Assembly (NCBI GenBank): GCA_964016885.1 | Contig: OZ024743.1 | Span: 19,592,001-19,656,000 of the forward strand | Direction of reading: 5' to 3' | From: Eledone cirrhosa | Taxonomy: Eukaryota | Length of the DNA stretch: 64,000 nucleotides | In this document: positions 27,440 through 39,916 of the stretch, piece by piece | Numbering within the stretch: position 1 is the first letter of the stretch | How the letters are laid out: every line of letters starts with the position of its first letter | Program-made: the position numbers and the translations under genes | Notes under the pieces: model-generated | Database searches by the model: none | Told to the model about the DNA's origin: nothing | Seen by the model: the letters and a program-made list of their open reading frames with translations, nothing else

Positions 27440-27749
27440 GAAGCAGAAAGAGGAGAAAAGAAGATAGAGAAATAGATAGATAAATATACATAGTTTTGTG
27501 TGTATGTATTCGTGTATATATATATATATATACATATTTATATATACTTATATATGTATAGTTATATATATATATACATACATGTATATATATGTGTGTG
27601 TATATATGTATGTGTGTGTGTATGTGTATCTGTGTGTAGATCCCAAGTTAAAACGGGGTAACCATAGTTAAATATGTACTAATGTACTGAGTACTTTTGT
27701 AACTGTAGTTACCTCGATTTTAACGTTGGATCTACTTATTACTTAGCAC

Positions 27750-28412
27750 CTAATCGTGTCTTTTATTACCATCATTTAGTGATTATGTTGACCAAACGTG
27801 ACAAAGATAATTCCATGAAAAACCATCCCCATTCCACTAAAGCGACTACACCTAAAATCTCTAGTCATGCGGAAGAGTTCATCAAAAATATCAGATAGAG
27901 AGCCTTCTTCTCCCCCCCCCCTCTTCTGATGTAGCATCTAACAATGTGGAAAAATTTAGATTTAAAACTAACAAGGTACCACCTACAAACGGCCTGCTAG
28001 AACCATTCAAAGAAGAACTCTTCCGAATTATTAAAACATAAATTTAGTAGTGCCACACACACCATTTCAGGCCTACTTACAGGACAAATTTTCAACGTGA
28101 AAGACTCCCCTAATCACCATATTTCCCCCAACAATACCAAAACCTGTACGAGGTGGAGATCCTGGCGAGCCAGAGGTAGCAAAGAGACTCCAGCATTAAC
28201 ACCTACAAAAACGTCTAGGATTGGTTCCTTAGCGAAACTAATACTGATTACAAGGAGATTTGTCAAACTCTGAAAATAGATGACCGGGCAGAACCATCAA
28301 GGGTGAAATCTCGGCACTGAACTTCAACCGTAAGGACCACAAACCGAACTTCCATAGAAAACCAAATGTTCGGCTCTTTAATCCCAGACGGGGGGACATT
28401 GGATGTGTCTTT
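27750..28412 (+). mobile_element. Decayed N-terminal fragment of a Naiad-like PLE
   Basis: SMK..IPIP, AEEFIKNIR*RAFF, FKTNKVPP, EPFKEELF, LKIDDRAE and VKDHKPNF..PNVRLFNP across frames. Confidence 0.8.
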
Positions 28413-29639
28413 GTCAATTAAAGTGCATGTAATAAATGAACTTCATACAAGCTATCTTAAAGTTATATCTCCAACAAACTATTTTCAACATAACCTGCTC
28501 CAGGACCACGCCGAGCGCTCCGCTGGTATCTAGGTGTGATGTGTGTGTGTTTGTATATTTGTGTGAGTGCTTGCATATATTCATTCTTCTACATACTCGC
28601 ATATGTATGTATTTAATCCATATTTACTTCCAGTTTTCTAAACATTTCTGTGTCTTTCCCTCTCTCCCCCCTTTCTCTTTCTCTCATTTTATCTCCCTCT
28701 TTTTCACTCTATCTCTCTCGTCCATACGTTTACATATAAGATACCGACTTTTGAAGATAGTTGCATGGTAACTTGATATATTTAATAGGTATGAAATTAT
28801 GTGAAATTTAATCGAAAATCTTTCGCTGAATATCATCGCTGATAAACTATAGAGTGTGTGGCTTGGCCTTCTTCTGAATTACAACCATAATTATTTTCCT
28901 TTTTGTACATTCCATTATTATAATAGAGATTTTATCTTTCATACTTTCAAAAATTGATATCCCTGAAATATAATCACTAGAACATCTCTGATGTTAATTA
29001 ATGTATGAACTATATAGACAAACGGGCATTAAAATAATCAAAAGTTTTCCAATTTATTATATAATTCGAAATTAATTTCAACGTCTGCTCTTTTTTACAA
29101 TTTCATAAATAATATATATTTTTTTTAATAACTTTTAAATAATTTTCTAGTTTTAATTTGCCATTTACATGTTAACCAGAACATAATTTAAATATTTCAC
29201 CAGTATCTATATGCGATGTAGTTAGTATGGTGAATCCTCTCGATTTCATGGTGTTGTCTACTTACACATTGTTGAATAAAATTAATAGAAAGGAATTCAA
29301 GTAATTGATAGAATCTCACATACGTTTACCTAACGCTATAAACTATTTCTCCAATATAAGTTGTAAATTCTATTTATTCGCTGATGGAGAAATTATAATA
29401 TCTTCTTGAGAAAAATATTACGTAGTTTCTTATGAAGATCTGCGAACATCGGTGTCATTAGTTACAGTCTTCAACGCCTGTTGAATGACATTTCAGATAA
29501 AAACAAGGCAAAATGTCTGTTTAACTTGGTGCAGAATAAATATCAAACGGTAGTTTTAGTTGCATTTAATCATTTATTGTTATAATACATACACTTGCAC
29601 GCATATATGGTTACTTATATACTTGCTTGCTTGTGGTTC

Positions 29640-31250
29640 ATCATCAAAGTTCGATGTGATTATCTTCTCCCTAAAATGTGGACCCTTTGGTGACTGAACA
29701 TTCCAATCCCTGTTATACAGTTTCGGTCTCAGAACGAACATGGCAATATTGGATTAGAGAGACAAGTTGTGAAACTGCCGCATTCCTCCTTTACCGCTTC
29801 ACTTGATATTTTGGGTGTGTTTTCCATTCATATCCTCAACCATATCCCAAAAGTGACAACGACATAGTCTACACTCTTGATAGGTTGATGTTACTTCCTT
29901 TCCAAGTGGTCTTCATCTGGTTCTTGGTCATCCAGCCAGGCCTTGATTACGATGAAGCTTGTCATAGATTATCGGACGTTGTATACGAGAGTCAGGCATG
30001 TGTATTGCATGTCAGAAGTATCTGAGATGAGGCCTTTATATCGTAGATACTATGCTGGTGTTATTAGCTCTAGGGAAGGTTTCTGTGTGTGCAATCCTAT
30101 CTCGGCAGAAGACTGAAAGTATCGTCTGGAGACACTGAGTATCTAAGGTATCAAGATCCATAGTATATCGGCTCTACGTGGTCCGTTCCTCACACTCATA
30201 CAGGAATGTGTTAGACAGGAAACGTTGTATGAAGCTTGAGATAGCTATTAAGAAATACTCTCTTGCTGAGCGTTCCTAAAGCGACATAGGCCTATCTGCT
30301 GTGGTGTAGGAAGTCCTTCTCCAATGTGCAGTCATTGAAATTAATGCCTCGGTATTTGAATTGGGAGGGTGGAGTCAGTTATTTATTTTCTAAATAGACG
30401 ATAGGGTGAGTAGAGGGTGGAATAGAGTACCGTTGACAGATAAAGATTCTCGGGTTTCTATGTCAAAAGCATTTGATATGTTCACAATTGCAATGAACAC
30501 GTCCTGATAATGTTCCCTTTATTTCAATTGATGCTGTCTTACGATAAACATCGGATCAACTCTCACATTCCCTGCATACGACAAACTGTGATTCTGGTAT
30601 CATGCTCTCCGATATTCATTCGTCTAGCCTGTTAAGTATAGATTTAGCCAGGACCTCCTCGGGAATGAGGGAATGGCCATACACCTACTGCTTGAATAAA
30701 TAAATGTTCTTCCATTGTTCGTTTACATGACGACGATGTTAGCATCCTTCTAATGTTCAGGCATATACCCCTGGTTCCACACTTCTATAATGTAAAGCTT
30801 TTTATTGCAGAGGTAATAACTCTCCTTTACATTCTCTATTGGAATATCGACTGACCCAGGGGAATTCCTATTTTCACGGTTTTGATAACAACACTAACTT
30901 CAGTCAAGTTTTGGTGTTCATCTTGGTGCTGAAATATGGATATTCCACAAACATCTTCTACACCTACCGAATCCTGGGGATTATTCCGGTCTAAATATTG
31001 GTCGAAATGTTCTCCCCAGCACTCCACTTATGTTGAGTGGTCTTTTAGTAGAGAAGTGTCATCTGTTTGTTTTAGAATGTCTATTTATAAGTTGTCAAAA
31101 GATGCTTTTTGGGCCTTGTGAAAGGTACTCAAAAGCTTGCCGTTTCTGCTGTTCACAACAACCCAATCTTCGTATTTCTGATTTCAATCCACTACATTCG
31201 AGAGCATCAGCATATAATATAGAACTTAAGGAATAACCATTTGTAATTTA
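29640..31250 (-). mobile_element. Old, highly decayed RTE-like LINE
   Basis: WGEHFDQYL, LAKSILNRL, AFD and HAIHMPDSR remnants in RTE order. Confidence 0.55.
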
Positions 31251-31711
31251 TGCCAGCCACCGAAGTGATAACTGCCTCTGGAAATTTCGGTTTTACAGCT
31301 AGAGAACATCGTTGCAAACAGTCGTCATGTTCCTATGAATGATATAATGGAAATGATATGAAAGAGCAGGTGTAAGTACTTCTTGATTTCAGTTATTGGA
31401 AAAATTACCAGATTCAGCTGCAGTTACTATTTGTTCTTATGAATTAGGCCATAATAACTCCACAATCCCCATCAGAAGTATTTGTGGTGAAGCTTACACA
31501 AATTCTTGCATGTCTATATATATATATATATATATATATAGTGTGGGGGGGCGTGTGTGGGGGGGGGCGTGTGTGTGTGCGTGTGTGTATGTGTATGTGT
31601 ATGTGTGTGTGCGTATTTGTGTGTGTCTTTGTATGTACAAATTTAAATATGGAAAAAATCCTCTTCTTATATCTAGTTGAGAAACAGGTAGTATTATATA
31701 CATAAATATAC

Positions 31712-31749
<38 letters not shown>

Positions 31750-33874
31750 ATTGGTGTAGAGAGAAAGATAGAGAGAGAGATAGGAACAGAGAGAGATTAT
31801 AGATGTTTTTCAAATTATTAACTATTCATTGCTTTTAGCTAAAACGTCGAAAGCCTCTTTATGGTTAGGAGGAAAGTGTAGTTATTGAATTACTAAATTC
31901 TATCTGAATTTCGCAAAGGCGAAATTACAGACCATACTGCGAAAATAATTGGTCATACTTAACAATTTCCGTAAGCGCGATATTATGTAATGCGGTGAAA
32001 ATGAAAATGAAAATAATAATTGATCCAATAACCACTAATGAAATGTTACAAAAATTCTGAAAACCTGCTTTTCCATAACCAAAGCTATGTAAAAAGAAAG
32101 CAATAGCTACCTAGAGATGTAGTTAGCAACAATAAAAATTGAGAACCCATCTACCCAAACATTATTTTGTTTAATTTTCAGAGTGCTTTAAACAACACCA
32201 GAAAATGGAAACGCCCTTGCATTAATAACATACAAAATGTATTAAGGTTTCCGTTTAACCTAATGCAACAGCTATGGGATCATCCAGACTCTTACCACTA
32301 ACGCAGCTGGCTGTTCCCAAGTAAAATCAAAAGATCATCCATCTAATTATCGCCCTATCATATGTCTGTCTCTAAAGTATATACTACTCTCCAAAACACT
32401 ATTCTACAGGATAACAGAACACCAATGTACTTCGTGTGGATCAGTTGTTTTGTATGTCCAAGTCGTACAGGGTATTTGACCCCCTTCTTGTTAACAAGAT
32501 GATATTAAACAGTTACAAGTTAGGAAAATTCACTTCCTATGTGCTTGCATCGAATACGGAGAGAATTTTGATTCTTTCCCTCATAACTGTTTTAACGTAA
32601 TGATGTAAGTATATACGTTTTACAAAATAATGGTAACTAACAGCATCTTAACTATCAGAATTAGCTTCACATTAATATCTGCTACGATGTTCCAGTGAGA
32701 ATTTATCTGGTCATATTTTCAGTCACAATTGGCTACATTAAGCTGGCTAATGAAATAAAGCCAATTTGGGTTGCTATGTGAGGTGAGACCACCAGCTGAG
32801 TCACATTTTCCTCATAGGTGACCTTGAATTGTATGTGATGTAAGGTACCCAACTTGGGAGATACTTCCGTATTTTTAAGATGTTCAGCAAAAATCATTAA
32901 AATTTCCTTGTAGTAAAGAATTTTATGAACCTAATAATAGAGGAACTGGTCTATTAAGCATTCTACAAATATTTGAGTATAGATCAGAATAAAACTGTAT
33001 GTATGTAAAAAATATCTCCGAAGGAGAATGTAAACTGAATATTTTAACAGAATTATAAAATATTAAAATTTCATCTCAATGTCAAGAACAAAATCTGACC
33101 TGACATTGGACAATACATTTTCTGTGCCAGCTATAACATATTGCTCTGTGGTATTGAACTGTGCTGTAACAAGCTATATTTCATAGGCAACAAATCTATT
33201 TTTAAAAAGCACGTACTGTACTACACAAGATCTATACATCTCTAGAAGTGGGGCTGGTAGGGTTTGTTGAGTGACAGGGAGCAATATGAGAATGTGATGA
33301 TTAATGTTACCTACCGCCGTTTCAAATTACAAGATGGTCTACTACACGTTCGTTCTCATTATTATAAACCATTTAGCAAATCGATTATATCCGCAGCAAG
33401 AAAGTTCACACAAGAAATATTTTGAGACTCAGAAACTAAAGCTGCAGTGAAAGTGAACATACTGATATCACGTAAGTTAATCGAGGTTTACAATTATATA
33501 CGCTTTTTTAACGTTATCTGTCTGTCCAAATGTTTCCTATTATTTCTACTTAGTATTTATCCTCATTTAAATTTTCCCATATCTGATTTCTCTTACTCAA
33601 TTTGTTTATTTTATTCCTTTGTTTCACACTGAAGCTGTCTAGATGTTTCTACTTAATTGGTTGCGTAGTTATTTAAAATATTTTAGCCTTAAGTTACCCA
33701 TATTTGACTATATTTTTAAAGCGCGACTCATAAGCAAATGTATACATGAATAAATAATCATATATTTAATGAAAATTAACCTAAAGCTACAAGCTTCAAC
33801 ACATGTGTTTTATTTTCACTGGCGTGGTCAAAATACATGTGTCTTGAAGCTTCTAAGTCTGCGTTAATTTTCAA

Positions 33875-34003
<129 letters not shown>

Positions 34004-34004
34004 A

Positions 34005-34470
34005 TACAGGGTGGTCGCTAGAAAATCGGAAAATTTGTCAAACTGCGATTTATTTTTACAAGAACTGATGTTACAAAGCATTACACCCACAAATACTCAA
34101 AATGTCGTCAGTGCACTTCCTGAGAGCGTCATAAACTGTAATCCAAGCTCGTGTTTCGTCCAAAATTCGTTTCTTTGGACCCGTCCCTTGTCAGCGAGCT
34201 CTAGCTGTTTCATGTCCTTCTCGTTTCAAACAAAATTGCAACATTATCAAACTGATGCCATGTGATCGTTGAAAAAAAATTTGGTAACATGGTTAAACTT
34301 TTTGTCAGTCCCTATGTCGGATGTTCAGTTTTGAACAGAACAATCACCTGCCTTTGAAAGTCTGAAAGCTGTTTCCTCTTGCTGCTTCGTTCCATGATGT
34401 GGGTACCAAAATCGAAATCAAAGAAATGAATGAGCAAGACGTAATGAAATCAATACTTCTTGTGATTGCA
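34005..34470 (-). mobile_element. Possible Tc1/mariner-type remnant
   Basis: TA-CAGGGTGG terminus and weak transposase C-terminal resemblance. Confidence 0.35.
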
Positions 34471-34635
34471 CACCCATTTGACAACAAAAAAAACAATCAA
34501 AAGCCATGAATCACGGATTTTATTGATGATGCATTTTGTCCGATTTTCCTATATATGTGTGTGTGTATCTGTGTGTGTCTGTGTTCTGTGTATGTATGTA
34601 GAGAAATATATATATATTTATATATATATATATAA

Positions 34636-34759
<124 letters not shown>

Positions 34760-35899
34760 ATATATGCATGTATGTATGTATATATATCTATATATATAGT
34801 GAAAAAGAAGTGTGGACACTAGGAAACGTTCTACATAGATCACGTTTCATAACGAAAATGACAAAAAAAATGTGTTCTAAAAGCGCACTAAATTGATTTT
34901 TCGTAAAAACTCCTTCATGATGATTTTCGACTATATATATATATATATATACAAAGAAAGAGTCTAGTATATATTTTGAATATGTGTGTGTGCGCGCGCG
35001 CATGTGTGTCAGTGTGTGTTTGTGTGCCTGTGTCTCTGTGTGTGTGTGTGCGTGCCTGTGTGTGAGGGCAAGAGTTCTGATTCAATTAATACAATGTACC
35101 GAACCAACTTCTCTTAATAATACCATAACGACAATGCCTATTTGGGTGTTATTGTTAGTTTTACTTTAGAGGCGAAACACTGTCGTATCAGAATGTCATA
35201 AAACAGATGTCTTCTTACAAAAGAAAATATCACTTTATTCTATAAGTTATTTGTGTTTCATACGCGCTAAATCAGCAAACGAATAAATTAGAATCAGCGG
35301 ATCATTCCGTTGTTTTCAAAATGTAACGTTTGAAACTTATCCATATAGAGTGATGTCCTCCCTATTGGTCTTTCCGCTGACATCCAAGATTCATTGGGAA
35401 AGAAATCGCATCAATCATTTTGTTTCTTTTCCCATATTCAATCGATTTTCACTTGCTTCCTTAGGTCCCAACTAATAACAATTTGCAGTAATGCTTAAAT
35501 TATTTTTTCAGGAGTTATTTTCTTCGTCTAAAATACTTTATTCGACAGAAACTGATGACAGTGTAACGTAAAAATGATGAACTACTCCCAAAACCTATTC
35601 CAAATTGAGAATTGTTTTCCACCAAATTCTAACGTTTGTGACCAGAACAGGGTTTTAATGATGCTCTGAAACTTATTCTCATTTTACAAAGAAATAATAA
35701 TGCCAACAATAATTTGACTGGACATTTTAAAGAATTTTGATTACAGATGATATTTCACTAGAGAGAGATGAAAACATTTTAAAATTGTCCATTGGCCCTC
35801 GAATATATTAAAGTTTCAAGAACAACAACTACAAGAAAATTATAATAGTAATAAGAATGGTGGTACTTTTGTTATTGTTTTTATGTAGTCTTATCTTTA

Positions 35900-36450
35900 T
35901 TGCTAACTTCCAGTGTGCACTTGAGTACATGCAGTCTTCTGCTTGGATCAATGTTGTCTGTTGTATAGAAATCTACTACGTTACGTGTACAGTGTATATT
36001 AGTGCTATTTTTATAGGCTGTGTATAAGTTTACGTGCAGAGTTTTGTATGAGCGTTAATCTTTGTTAAGACACCTATTATTATAGGGATTGCAGTTGCCA
36101 CACTCTGGGTTTCTATATTCAGAACTTCATACTTGAATTATATAGCTAACTTATTGCCTGTTGGAGTTGATAAATTGATTAGGACTCACTTCCAGTACTG
36201 GTTGACTTTGACATTATGCAGCCTATTTATCTTAATTTGTGCGCTTCTCTGTATTGGCATATAACAGTGGGTGGTCGTTTTGTCATTTTTAGAAATTTTC
36301 TAGGTATTTCATACTGCTAACTTGGTATTTCATATTCCAAGCGTAATTACTAGTGTATGAAAGCTTCAACTTCATTGTGTTTGCCGCTGGATTCTTTCTT
36401 AGCTAAGACTGGACTGTCGAAAGTTTTAGTTGGCTATTTATTCCCAACTT
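35900..36450 (-). mobile_element. Highly decayed R4/Dong-like RLE fragment
   Basis: PVLAKKE..KHNEVEAFIH*, IPIIIGVL and QKTA remnants. Confidence 0.55.
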
Positions 36451-36898
36451 TCACCTATCCTTCTTTCACATAGATTTGTTTGCTTCATGGATTTGGTAGT
36501 TTTGTTAAAGGCAGGCTTCGATCCTCTGCTAGAATAAACATTACCAGAACCGAAGTGGAATAAAGAGAAAACCTTGAAGATAAAATGCATGTAGCTAACA
36601 AACGTTATGCACAAAAATATGAACAATATGTATATATTCAAAACATATACACCGAACAGAAAGATCTGACGTATTAGGTTAAAATCTATATCGAAGTAAT
36701 AAACAAAAAGGAGAATTTCTTAAATATAACAACGAAACCAAACTGTAGTTTAAATAGCTACAGGTCGTAGAAATGTTTGACAGTTAGGATATGAAAGGAA
36801 TGGACAAATTATATGGAAGTACGAATTCATAGAACGAAAGAAGAAATGAGAAAAGAGGGATAGAAGAAGTGCGTGTACGGATAGACCTGTAAAGCGGT

Positions 36899-36958
36899 GG
36901 GTGTAGGTCATAATATATTAATATATATATATATATATTAATATATTATGACCTACAC

Positions 36959-36960
<2 letters not shown>
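36899..36960. repeat. Palindrome centred on (TA)n
   Basis: GGGTGTAGGTCATAATATATTAA-(TA)n-TTAATATATTATGACCTACACCC. Confidence 0.9.
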
Positions 36961-37027
<67 letters not shown>

Positions 37028-37162
37028 TACAATGGTGTTCTATGGTACAGTGGTTGTTCTATGGTTTGAGATACCAGAACTGTAAATATGAGCGGAACAA
37101 GTAAACATTAAACAATTTTTTAAATAAATTAAAATACCATTTAAATATTTACCTCTTCTAGT

Positions 37163-37242
37163 GCCATGACCGACGGTTTCGCTTATCAAAAGATTGGAAA
37201 TTCAGAGAATTTCCAATGGAAAGATATAGCTCTTCAGATAGC
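37163..37242 (-). ncRNA. Type I hammerhead ribozyme in a ~480-bp non-coding insert between (TA)n tracts
   Basis: GCTAT-CTGAAGA-GCT..ATTGGAAATT/AATTTCCAAT..AGC-GAAA-CC gtc GG-TC^ATGGC. Confidence 0.88.
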
Positions 37243-37499
37243 TTTTCCAAATCTACTAGACATAAGTCCGTATAAATGTAGATATATCACCCTCTGCCCA
37301 GTGAATGAATCAAGCCGTTAAAATGACCCACACACTTATTGGACCGTTAGAAAAAGCGTGAATTATAGACTCGCTGATATTTCATGCTGCTAGAAATAGC
37401 AGCATGAATCACCATTTTTTTCTCTACATTAAGGAGAATTAGATAAATGATATAGATATCCCAGTAGGTACTAGGTACCCACCGAAATATATATGGTGT

Positions 37500-37546
<47 letters not shown>

Positions 37547-37631
37547 CTACTGGGTTAGTTCAGATCTAGCTGTGGAAACGACCGGAGCTCAGCCGTCGGG
37601 ATGCTGACTCTTTTCCTAAACATATTCATAC

Positions 37632-37847
37632 ATGTTAGCTATCGCCGTATTTTGACTAAAGAAATTAAAGAAATTATTTAGCCTGATAGTGGGGTTAAGA
37701 ACCCTCGGAGAAATGGAAAAAGATGAGTATTGACGTACATGTACGTCAATACTCATCTTTTTCCATTTCTCCGAGGGTTCTTAACCCCACTATCAGGCTA
37801 AATAATTTCTTTAACTTCTTTAGTCAAAATACGGCGATAGCTAACAT
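37632..37847. repeat. 216-bp spacerless palindrome (1 mismatch)
   Basis: 108-bp arms centred on GACGTACATGTACGTC. Confidence 0.93.
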
Positions 37848-37910
37848 TTCTAATAATTTCAAATCCACTCGCTGTTTCGAAAATATTCTTACATATTCAT
37901 ACATATCTTC

Positions 37911-39425
37911 ATATATATAAAAGCGAGGATGTGTGTATGTCTGGTTACAATTTTGCATACTTAAGGCTTTTACAATTACCAACTGAATTTGACCAGATTT
38001 TCTGTGCACGTTGCACATGTCGCTAAGATTGTCACATCACAAACAATTTTCAAATCGACCCACGTTGAGCAATAAAAAATCGATATCAAATTATCGGTAG
38101 AAAAATTGATGTAAGGGAGATGACAAACTTTATTGACAATCCTTATAAAAAAGGGAGATAACCAACTTTTCAGAAAAATAAACATCACATTCATTTGAAG
38201 ATAAATCACTAATATTATCGTTTGTTTCTTGTTTATTCTTTGTTCCACTTTCAAAGTTAAAAAAACACTTGTTGTTTTAACTTGTTTCACTATATTAAGT
38301 GTTAATTTTCGCGTTAAGGCCCTAATCTCGCAGCAGTCTCGAATTGACGAGATTTTGATGATGGTTTGTTTATTTTTAGAACAATCATTATGGGACTTTC
38401 CATTCAAACCATTGGGACCTACAACTTTTACATTTTTAAAACTTTCATAAGACATGTTGATACAAAAAAAAGAATTTGTTGCGCTTTCAAAGTTAACTGT
38501 AACGCTTCAATTCATACATTTTGACTTTACAACTTTTCACCAAATATACCCCGCCCCGTAAAAGAAAGTATGCACATATTGGCTATCGGTCGAAGAAAAC
38601 AATGCGTGTAAATGACGCTCCGCCTATAACCGAAAATAGACAATCACAAAATACTGTGAGTACAGTCATTGCAACATCTTTGTCCGCCGCAGAGCGTCGG
38701 TTAGTGCGGCGAAGCAATAATGCTAAAGCAATTGCTGCAGCACGAGCTGCAGAGACTACAGAGCAACGTGAAACACGCCTTGCTATGGATGCTACAGATA
38801 CTGTTGCAGCAAGATCTGCAGAGACAGTACAAAAATATGAAAGACGCTGTGCGCGTAATGCTTCAGCTAATGTTGCAGCAAGAGCAATTGAGACTGAGCA
38901 AGAACGTCAAAGTCGGCATTTGAGATATGCTTCAGCTACTGCTACAGCACGAGCTATAGAGACTGTAACAAGTCGAGCTATTCGGCTGGAGGGTAACGCT
39001 CAAAGTAGAGCTTTATCGCGGCGTATTTCAAAGATGGTACCTTAAGGCAGTTAATTATTACCCTAATGTAAACTATCAAATCCATCCTGATATTCAAATA
39101 TATGCCATGTCAAATACTTGCCAACATTGTAAAGCTAAAAAGTGGTGTGGTGGGGGAGGGGGAGAATCAGCTGGAATGTGCTGCTCCAACGGTAAGGTTA
39201 ATTTGCCCACCCTTAGGGAACCACCGCAACCTCTCCAGATGCTTCTAACAGGTAAGCATTCACAACACGTTATTTTCTGAAGCATATCCGACAGTACAAC
39301 ATTGCGTTTCAAATTACCTCTTTCGGTACAAAACGTCTGCTCACGAGTTGGCAGTCGAGATAATCTCTTTTCGTTTGTTCTGAAAAGAAAAACAAAGAAT
39401 ATCGTCTATCCTGAAGTGCTTTAGT
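37911..39425 (+). mobile_element. Internally deleted Helitron
   Basis: ATATATATAAAA start; RepHel N-terminal ET.EQR..RL repeats (38521-39045); CQHCKAKKW..ESAGMCCSNGKV, then YNIAFQITSFG, fused to helicase C-terminal CSRVG and KTKNIVYPEVL*. 3' terminus not located. Confidence 0.85.
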
Positions 39426-39874
39426 GTTAACAAAACAACTTATTACAGCTCTGCTTTGACTTCACCTTACTCATTACAAAACATAACAATGAATATGTCA
39501 TGCATGATATCTTGGATTATAAGTTAAAAATGTAACCATACACAGCAAAGGATGCTCTCAAGGAATAGATTTTCTCTTATTCTACTCTCAATGTTTTTTT
39601 TGTTTGTATACAACTCTGCTTTCATTACAATTTTTTGTACTTTAGCAAAACTGCCTGTTTGTTTTACAGATTTGCAACGTGTATTGTCTATAATCATTTG
39701 TATAACTACATCCTGTTCAGTGTTTTCCTTCATTATCAGCATAGTTTTATGTGTACAAAGATTGCACTAAATATTCGTTTGCATTAATTATTGAAGACTT
39801 CTGCTTATTTTGACAGGTTGGGGACAAATAATGTTCTTCTTTTACTTCCTAGCTGTATATATATATTACTTTTT

Positions 39875-39912
<38 letters not shown>

Positions 39913-39916
<4 letters not shown>

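Noticed and set aside
32170-32620. Possible host exon after TTTTCAG
   Set aside because: No sustained ORF or recognisable domain.
36660-36775. CTGACGT...GAAAC..GTC hammerhead-like arrangement
   Set aside because: A9 is missing and stems I and II do not pair.
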